Shown: positions 57,950 to 64,000 of the stretch, one piece after another | How the letters are laid out: each line of letters begins with the position of its first letter | Position numbering within the stretch: the stretch's first letter is position 1 | From: a virus | Lineage: Duplodnaviria > Heunggongvirae > Uroviricota > Caudoviricetes | DNA: 64,000 nt | Strand: one strand, 5' to 3' | IMG/VR virus record: IMGVR_UViG_3300033489_000001 | Location: 62,023-126,022 of that record | Program-made: the position numbers and the translations under genes | The notes under the pieces: model-generated | Seen by the model: the letters and a program-made list of their open reading frames with translations, nothing else | The model's database searches: none | What the model was told of the DNA's origin: nothing

Positions 57950-58595
57950 GAACCAACCTACACCACCGCCCATACCAGAAACTATGGAATATGGGCAACT
58001 TACGATTGAAACAATTGACGATGTAGCCCCCCGCTTAAAACGTTTCACCAAAGATCTAATCGCTCAATTAGAGGCTTGTAAGATTCAAATAAAAACCTCA
58101 ACGGTCTACTTACTGAATTCTACAGACCATCCAATCGAGGTGCCCTGCTCAGGGAATAATGTGCCCATCGAAATGAATTTTGACGCTATAATGCCCGTAT
58201 GGGCATTGGAGCCCCGCGCTAGGCTCCAAGTCAGTTTCAATCATGGGAGACGTTACTTCTACGCAGAACGAGGCAAGAGCATTCGAAAAAAAGAAGCTCA
58301 CTTTCCTATGGCAAAAATAATGGGCCGGTTTCTTTATGAAATTCAAACTGAAGATCAAAAACGTCGGATTCAAGCCGAGACGGCTATTAAAGCAAATCAG
58401 GCCCGCCAGTACTTCGCAAGTCTCAGCGCCGACCTTGGCATTCCTCCCTCAGAAAATCCAGACATCATTCGTAAAGATAACCTAAAGATCCTGTGCTTAC
58501 CACAAACACCCACGCAGGTCATCATTATGCTGACTGTACCCCATGTTCAAGCTGTTGAAATTGCTAATAAATATCTCAAGGATACCTCCTCCTAG
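57948..58595 (+). CDS. Hypothetical protein
   Basis: Probable start MNQPT at 57948. Confidence 0.6.
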   Translation: MNQPTPPPIPETMEYGQLTIETIDDVAPRLKRFTKDLIAQLEACKIQIKTSTVYLLNSTDHPIEVPCSGNNVPIEMNFDAIMPVWALEPRARLQVSFNHGRRYFYAERGKSIRKKEAHFPMAKIMGRFLYEIQTEDQKRRIQAETAIKANQARQYFASLSADLGIPPSENPDIIRKDNLKILCLPQTPTQVIIMLTVPHVQAVEIANKYLKDTSS

Positions 58596-58617
58596 CTTTC
58601 CGACCAAAAACAAAATT

Positions 58618-58650
58618 CTTGAATTAATTCTTTCTCCGGTGTAGTAATAG
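58618..58650 (+). promoter_or_regulatory. Conserved phage promoter-like motif
   Basis: CTTGAA-N13-CGGTGTAGTAATAG. Confidence 0.7.
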
Positions 58651-58686
58651 ATAGGACACAAACCTTGAATTTGGAGGTAGCTAAAA

Positions 58687-59070
58687 ATGGTTCAAATCAT
58701 TCCCCTAGGATCTATTGTGAGTGTACCCTTAGACCTATCCGTTCCCGCTGACGAAGAAGGAATAGAGGTCACTTTAAAGGGCGCGGGCCACCTTTATGTG
58801 GTGGGTTGGTTTAGAGAAGACGAAGAAGAAGAAGAAGAAGAAGACCTGTTGTATACCGTTTCAGACATCCCCGTAGTATACCCTGTCTCAGAAGAACTAA
58901 TAACCCCGGACAAGCTGTTATATCGTTCATTGGCCACGGTTGTTGAACACGTCTTTGGTGAAGACCTTCAAACTCTAGGTAAAAAACGAACGCTCTACCC
59001 AACTATTCAAGATTGGCTGAACGCTTCCAAACCTCTGTTCGAGCCGCCTGAAAATCACGTACGGTCGTAA
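58687..59070 (+). CDS. Hypothetical acidic protein
   Basis: GGAGGT Shine-Dalgarno; poly-Glu tract. Confidence 0.7.
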   Translation: MVQIIPLGSIVSVPLDLSVPADEEGIEVTLKGAGHLYVVGWFREDEEEEEEEDLLYTVSDIPVVYPVSEELITPDKLLYRSLATVVEHVFGEDLQTLGKKRTLYPTIQDWLNASKPLFEPPENHVRS

Positions 59071-59252
59071 ATACCTTCCAGACTCTTTAACTGTTTTTCT
59101 GAAAGACTTTGACCTTTTGCAAGACGGTACTCAATATCGATCACGAAGTCCTCTTCCCACTCGGACAACTCGAAATCCTCATCTAACCGGATGCAAGTGT
59201 TTATTGCTTCAAGCATATCTTTAGGATTAGGGGCGTCTTTGGAGGTAAGCAT
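59055..59252 (-). CDS. Small hypothetical protein
   Basis: LSEWEEDFV...LSEKQL segment. Confidence 0.65.
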   Translation of the reverse strand: MLTSKDAPNPKDMLEAINTCIRLDEDFELSEWEEDFVIDIEYRLAKGQSLSEKQLKSLEGIYDRT

Positions 59253-59260
59253 AAAGTTCC

Positions 59261-59473
59261 TCAGTTGGAGTCAGAGCTGAATACTTTGGATAACTCTTGA
59301 GTGATATCCTCTTCGGTTTTCCCGTACATTATAAGAGCTTGACCCGTTATACCAAAGGGGGTTAAATCAAAAGAAATGGGCTTCCCTTCTTTAAGGAATT
59401 CCAGATTTTTTTCAGAAAGGCCCAAGATTACCACCGGCCGACCTTTATTATCTTTTACACCTACTTTGACCAT
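59261..59473 (-). CDS. Small hypothetical protein
   Basis: Co-oriented chain of ORFs. Confidence 0.65.
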   Translation of the reverse strand: MVKVGVKDNKGRPVVILGLSEKNLEFLKEGKPISFDLTPFGITGQALIMYGKTEEDITQELSKVFSSDSN

Positions 59474-59826
59474 TTCTTGATTACCTCAAATACATAAAAG
59501 ATTCCACCAATAGTTCCTATCAAAGTGGCGAGCAATAATAAAGCTTTCCACCACTCCTTAATGCGCCTCAGAGCAAAGTATAGTGCCAGGATGAAACCTC
59601 GGAACATTTCATCGTATGTTTGATGAGCTTCCTCTAAATCATCCTTCAAAATTAAGAACGAAAATACCTCTTTAACTAAGGCGAGATCCACGTAAAAGTT
59701 AACATCAACCCACTCAAAAAACTCCTCAATACCGCGATTACGTTCTTCCCCAACGCTTTCAAAAGCTCTCTGTAAAAGCTCTCTGCCTTGTTGAGTATCT
59801 TGTGGACTCAGGTAAAATTTCTTCAT
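59461..59826 (-). CDS. Hypothetical protein with a C-terminal TM segment
   Basis: Hydrophobic C-terminus. Confidence 0.6.
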   Translation of the reverse strand: MKKFYLSPQDTQQGRELLQRAFESVGEERNRGIEEFFEWVDVNFYVDLALVKEVFSFLILKDDLEEAHQTYDEMFRGFILALYFALRRIKEWWKALLLLATLIGTIGGIFYVFEVIKKWSK

Positions 59827-59987
59827 AATTCAAAGTTCAATTCTAAAAGCTGAACTCAAAAAGTTAAAGAAAGATAATGAACGGCTACAGCGAAAAGAAA
59901 AAGAATTTGACCATACTTAGATTTCGGTGTAGTGTCCCTAAAAGAATACTTACAAAAGTAACTAAAAACAAAAAGGTAATGTGTTCC

Positions 59988-60473
59988 ATGGTATACCAGA
60001 AATTAACTTTAGAGGGTTTCAAACAAAGGCTAGAATTCAACCAATACAAAACGGCCGGAGCAGCTTACAAAGCTATCGGAAAATCCACGCTTCCTGATAA
60101 AGAAAAAGCCGCTGGCAAAGAACTAATTGAAAAAGCGTTCTTCGAGAAGGAAGCCGCCAAAGTGGTTGTCCAGAAAAGAAAATACACCCGCCGGACTCCC
60201 CTTCAAACAAAGCTTGAAAAGAAGGAAGCTCCCAAAGGCGCGGAGGAAATTAGCAGAAAGGCTAAGGCCGCCACGCCCCTCAGTATAGAAAAGCAGATAG
60301 ATAAGGCTGGTATTGCTAAGGATCGTGTCGATATTATAACGCAGGCTATTGGCTCTTTAAAAGAGGCCAAAAAGCTGCAACCGAAATTAGACATTGCACC
60401 AGATATAAAAAACGCGAAACAGGTTCTTGCCAGCATTATAGCTAGTGTGCAGGAAGATCTGAACCGATCATAA
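59988..60473 (+). CDS. Basic Lys/Ala-rich hypothetical protein
   Basis: Probable start MVYQK at 59988, downstream of CGGTGTA at 59925. Confidence 0.6.
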   Translation: MVYQKLTLEGFKQRLEFNQYKTAGAAYKAIGKSTLPDKEKAAGKELIEKAFFEKEAAKVVVQKRKYTRRTPLQTKLEKKEAPKGAEEISRKAKAATPLSIEKQIDKAGIAKDRVDIITQAIGSLKEAKKLQPKLDIAPDIKNAKQVLASIIASVQEDLNRS

Positions 60474-60536
60474 TCTAGCGCTGGTTGACCTTATCCTGCT
60501 CCTCTTTCATCCGAGCTAGGATTTGTTGACGCATTT

Positions 60537-60794
60537 TTACTCTTTCTCTAACTGTGCCGCTAGCACTCTAGCCGCACGCTTTACCCTAACTCGTTCCCGT
60601 ATCTTCTGGATTGTCGGTTCCAACTTCACATACAAAAGCTGTAGCCGCCCAAGCTCTTGTAACTCTTCCTTGGTTAGCCATTCGCATTCCGCTGTGTGGA
60701 GCCCTCGGATGCAAGGATCAAGGGATTCATCCCGTCTTTTTTGACCCTTAGCGATTAAAGAGTCTAAAGCTTCAGTGATTTCTTGGAGAGTCAT
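60537..60794 (-). CDS. Hypothetical protein
   Basis: Downstream of the promoter motif at 60819-60851. Confidence 0.65.
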   Translation of the reverse strand: MTLQEITEALDSLIAKGQKRRDESLDPCIRGLHTAECEWLTKEELQELGRLQLLYVKLEPTIQKIRERVRVKRAARVLAAQLEKE

Positions 60795-60818
60795 CTACTA
60801 GTCCTTGAACTGTCTCTC

Positions 60819-60851
60819 TTATTACTACACCGAAGAAGAGAAAAGTTCAAG
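60819..60851 (-). promoter_or_regulatory. Conserved phage promoter-like motif
   Basis: CTTGAA-N13-CGGTGTAGTAATAA. Confidence 0.7.
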
Positions 60852-60884
60852 AATTTTTGATCAAATAATCCCTGGTTAGGATAG

Positions 60885-61121
60885 GCACGTTACAACATAA
60901 TTATTGAATGGGACGGTGACTTCTGGCATAGTAATCCTTCCGTTTATCCTAATTCACCTTATCCCATTCAACAAAAAAATGCTAAACGAGATAAAGCTTG
61001 TAATGCATACCTTACTAAATGTGGGTATAAAGTTTTACGCTTTTGGGAAAGGGATGTTCATTCTTTTCCCTTAATGGTTAAGGATCACATTCTTTGTGCT
61101 TTGGCTGATTCAGGCGTTTGA
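60885..61121 (+). pseudogene. Vsr/DUF559-like endonuclease remnant without a start codon
   Basis: Manual translation IIEWDGDFWH...RDK...GYKVLRFWE, preceded by an in-frame TAG at 60882. Confidence 0.7.
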
Positions 61122-61470
61122 TCCATCCCCCTTTGTAGTATTTCCGTTGTCTATAAACTTTTGTATCAAAGCCGGAACCAGTGAAAAAGGAGCTTGCTCT
61201 AAATGCGGAGCGCCTTGGGTACGGATTACAGATGGTTGGGAGCCTTCTTGTACTTGCAAAACGCAAGAAATAACGCCATGCCTCGTTTTAGATCCTTTTT
61301 CCGGGTCAGGCACAACCCTAATGATGGCGGCTAGACTAGGACGGGATTACGTGGGAATTGAACTGAACCCTGAATATGTAAAGTTGATCGGAGAACGTGT
61401 TCGACCCGCCGAAGAGTACAAGACGCAACATTCCTTATACGAGTTGATAGCTGAATTGCCTCAGGAATAA
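61096..61470 (+). pseudogene. C-terminal fragment of an N6/N4 DNA methyltransferase
   Basis: CIKAGTSEKG, VLDPFSGSGTT, GIELNPEY; no DPPY catalytic half. Confidence 0.75.
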
Positions 61471-61485
61471 CCTTTATGCCAAAGC

Positions 61486-61971
61486 TTGAACTTTTCTTTG
61501 AACAAATTAAATCAGAGGGAAAAGACGATGGACATTAGATTTGCATATATCAAAGACCCGGAAAATCAAAAAAGAGTTGTCACTATCGGATACGCTATTG
61601 ATGGCAACCGAATTATTTTTGATGTTACAGTAAATAAGGTAGTGGAACCCTTATTATTAGACCCATGGCTTAGAGAAGTAATAGGGAACGAGGCGTTTCA
61701 AGATATTCAGGAACGCTGCAAAAGAAAATTTAAAGGAGATCCCCACCGTAAACGGATAGCCAGAGCCATTCTAACTGGTAGGGTAGGAACTATTTCATGT
61801 TTTCAATTACCATATGAACACGAAGAAAGGCCTCCTAACAGATCAGCAATTGTAAGAAAAATAATAGATTTTCTTGCCGGTGGAGATACTACCATCAACC
61901 GTATAAGTGTTGTCATCGATGTGCTTCGCAGACATCTAGAGTACGCCACAGATACTGAGGTATCTGTTTGA
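61486..61971 (+). CDS. Hypothetical protein
   Basis: 161-aa ORF, possibly starting MDIRF. Confidence 0.6.
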   Translation: MNFSLNKLNQREKTMDIRFAYIKDPENQKRVVTIGYAIDGNRIIFDVTVNKVVEPLLLDPWLREVIGNEAFQDIQERCKRKFKGDPHRKRIARAILTGRVGTISCFQLPYEHEERPPNRSAIVRKIIDFLAGGDTTINRISVVIDVLRRHLEYATDTEVSV

Positions 61972-62198
61972 TGGACACTGAAGAGAGAGATACCGCTGGA
62001 AATTACGTTCAGCAAATCCCGGCTGACGGCAATTGTCCAGAATGCTGCCGCCCAAACCTCACTTCATCAGTCATCTGTCTGGAGTGCTCTGCAAACAGAA
62101 CTCATGGACCCTACTATTACATGCTACAGTTAGACGGAACTTTTGAGAGAACTCATACCCCCTATAATGAAAAACTACTTGGATGGTACTTTTTTTAA
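61968..62198 (+). CDS. Small Zn-finger-like protein
   Basis: CPEC...CLEC. Confidence 0.5.
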   Translation: MMDTEERDTAGNYVQQIPADGNCPECCRPNLTSSVICLECSANRTHGPYYYMLQLDGTFERTHTPYNEKLLGWYFF

Positions 62199-62807
62199 AG
62201 CTTTCTTCTTACGCTCCTCCAATCCAAACTGGGGACATACCTTCCAGAAAACCCCATATGAGCAAATCTCAATAACCACATAATCGTCCCATGTGCTTTT
62301 GTAAAGATCTTTTTCCCCCAGCTGATCCATAACGTCCCAAATAGCGCCTCTTTGATCCCATTCCTCTTGTGAGATCCCTTCCGGTTTATCCGCATTATTG
62401 TAGTAACTAAAGTCTTCCAGCCGGGGATCTTCCGCCAAGAAATCAAGTGCGTGGCGCATAAGCGAGTCGCAATAAGGAACGAGATACAACCTACCTTCAT
62501 GCTCCCTAACAGCTATAGATACATCAAAATCAAAGATGTTCCTATCAAGTTTACCTAGCTGAGCTTGATAACCAGATTTGATCAAGCGCTCTACAACATA
62601 TCTTTTCGCGTCTTCCGGTCCTATCTTTTTAGCCAAAAATTGTTTGTATTCCTCTCCTTCGGTGTTCACATCTTCTAAGGCATCATGGTAAAATTGTCTT
62701 AGAACCTCCTGAACCTTCCTAACACCCTCCCGCCGAACATCACGCAAAAAAGTCCAAAAATCTTTGGAGTCTTTCATACGATATGCTGTATAAATTTTGG
62801 TACTCAT
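62175..62807 (-). CDS. Hypothetical phage protein
   Basis: 210-aa ORF. Confidence 0.7.
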   Translation of the reverse strand: MSTKIYTAYRMKDSKDFWTFLRDVRREGVRKVQEVLRQFYHDALEDVNTEGEEYKQFLAKKIGPEDAKRYVVERLIKSGYQAQLGKLDRNIFDFDVSIAVREHEGRLYLVPYCDSLMRHALDFLAEDPRLEDFSYYNNADKPEGISQEEWDQRGAIWDVMDQLGEKDLYKSTWDDYVVIEICSYGVFWKVCPQFGLEERKKKALKKVPSK

Positions 62808-62809
62808 AA

Positions 62810-63559
62810 CTAGTTTGGATTTTTGTCAGGATTAATTAACGAACCTAAAAGCATAGCGGTAAGTTCAATCTGTTTGAGGATTTTTGCATACTCCTCATCG
62901 GAAGGGATATTTAGCTTCACTATGGTTCCACGTTTTACGCAAGGAGCCGTTTTTATATCGATCATCTTCCCACCAGGAGCACTTGGCCCTTCAAAAACAG
63001 CTTCCTTACCCTTAAGGTACTTGATTAATTCCCCATAATCTTCGGGATGCATGATGATCATCGGCGTATTTGGAAAGAGATTAGGAAAGGATGGCTCTGA
63101 AAAAATAGGCAGTGGCGGTACTTGATTCGCCTTCATCTTTTCCCGCCAATGATGCCAAAACTCGGTAGCCGGGCCATGAGTCCTTACCTTTTCGATTACT
63201 TGCTGACATTGTTCAATGCTCATCTTGAACATGTGAGCTTCCTCAACAGATAGTTCCATTACTTCTCGGAGCCAGCTATAAGCATCGGTACGCTTACAGT
63301 GTTTCTCTTTCCACAGTATGTCGAAAGCCGCATGAGCCCGACTTCTCCAGCCTTGTAACTCCCTTGTGCGTGGGACTCCATTAGGTGATCCGTCCGAGTT
63401 AGCCGGAAGGATGCCATTGCACTTCGGCCAACGATTACACCCGTAGAACCAACGTTCAAGCTTATTGGTCCAACGAAGCTCTAAAACGCCATCACAGCCC
63501 GGCTCTGCACACCGAAGGCCCTCTACAGCAAAAGGAGGTGGATTTTTAGGCTTCATCAA
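62810..63559 (-). CDS. Zn-ribbon plus DUF3268-like protein
   Basis: CAEPGC...FYGCNRWPKC; RSRAHAAFDILW...AYSWL...AHM. Confidence 0.65.
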   Translation of the reverse strand: MMKPKNPPPFAVEGLRCAEPGCDGVLELRWTNKLERWFYGCNRWPKCNGILPANSDGSPNGVPRTRELQGWRSRAHAAFDILWKEKHCKRTDAYSWLREVMELSVEEAHMFKMSIEQCQQVIEKVRTHGPATEFWHHWREKMKANQVPPLPIFSEPSFPNLFPNTPMIIMHPEDYGELIKYLKGKEAVFEGPSAPGGKMIDIKTAPCVKRGTIVKLNIPSDEEYAKILKQIELTAMLLGSLINPDKNPN

Positions 63560-63755
63560 TATCGGGATACCGTTCTTTTAGAGCTAGTTTAAACTCCGGG
63601 TCTTGCCCAATACACTCATCTAGTGTGTCACAATCCGCCTTCTCAAATGCATCAATGAGCTTACTATACAATACCTTACGTGACCCAACAGGCACGCAAT
63701 CTCGCACGGCGGAAATCACGTCACTCATCAATTCAGAACCCCTTGCCCAACCCAT
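63546..63755 (-). CDS. Small hypothetical protein
   Basis: MGWARGSEL...CDTLDEC. Confidence 0.65.
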   Translation of the reverse strand: MGWARGSELMSDVISAVRDCVPVGSRKVLYSKLIDAFEKADCDTLDECIGQDPEFKLALKERYPDIDEA

Positions 63756-63767
63756 AAAACCTCCTTG

Positions 63768-63950
63768 TTACGATAGAACGTGTAACAAATACTGCTGAAC
63801 AGCCACACCTGGTGGAGTGTACCATAACACAAGAGCCGTGATAATAGCAGGAACAAAACCGGTTTTCTTAGATTGGCTATGAAACTTTTCCACCACCACC
63901 CAGTTAATAATAAAAGCTAAGATCGTTGTGAGAAGTATTAACCCGACCAT
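63768..63950 (-). CDS. Small membrane protein
   Basis: Two hydrophobic segments. Confidence 0.55.
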   Translation of the reverse strand: MVGLILLTTILAFIINWVVVEKFHSQSKKTGFVPAIITALVLWYTPPGVAVQQYLLHVLS

Positions 63951-64000
63951 TGCAACAACTGATTCCTTTTCGGAAACGGAGGCAGAACCCCAACCGCCTT

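Noticed and set aside
58816-58845. GAA microsatellite
   Set aside because: Simply encodes a poly-Glu tract.

Overview
Gene-dense window from what is most likely a large (jumbo-type) tailed dsDNA phage, standard genetic code; the host cannot be determined from this window. Positions 1-20.4 kb (minus strand) hold a replication, recombination and nucleotide-metabolism block: PD-(D/E)XK nuclease, intein-containing Mre11/SbcD, half-length Rad50/SbcC, RecA, RuvC, a putative SSB, a ThyX-like enzyme, RecD2, LigA, class II NrdJ, HolA/HolB and GroEL. The most striking part is 20.8-32.7 kb. Two vWA genes lie next to a minus-strand operon encoding a Ro60/TROVE-like vWA protein, unknown ORFs, a JAB protease, a ubiquitin-like protein and an E1/ThiF enzyme. 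The operon runs into a ~0.75 kb array of six tRNA-mimicking RNAs that the ORF track misses: two circularly permuted YrlA/Y-RNA-like RNAs (one with a full Gln-UUG arm set), two 50-nt acceptor+T-arm mini-tRNAs, a 134-nt CCA-ending tRNA with a huge variable region, and a pseudo-tRNA with an extended acceptor stem. A CCA-adding enzyme is encoded 4 kb beyond the Ro-like gene. The rest contains an IsrB-omegaRNA element, a TnpB element, several homing endonucleases, two DNA methyltransferases plus a remnant of a third (all three sharing a C-terminal tag), two sigma-like proteins, a possible origin/operator array, tail-fibre-like genes, a Fic/RHH module and many small hypothetical genes. A recurrent CGGTGTA promoter-like motif lies upstream of many genes. 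All calls come from reading motifs and base-pairing by eye; no database searches were run.
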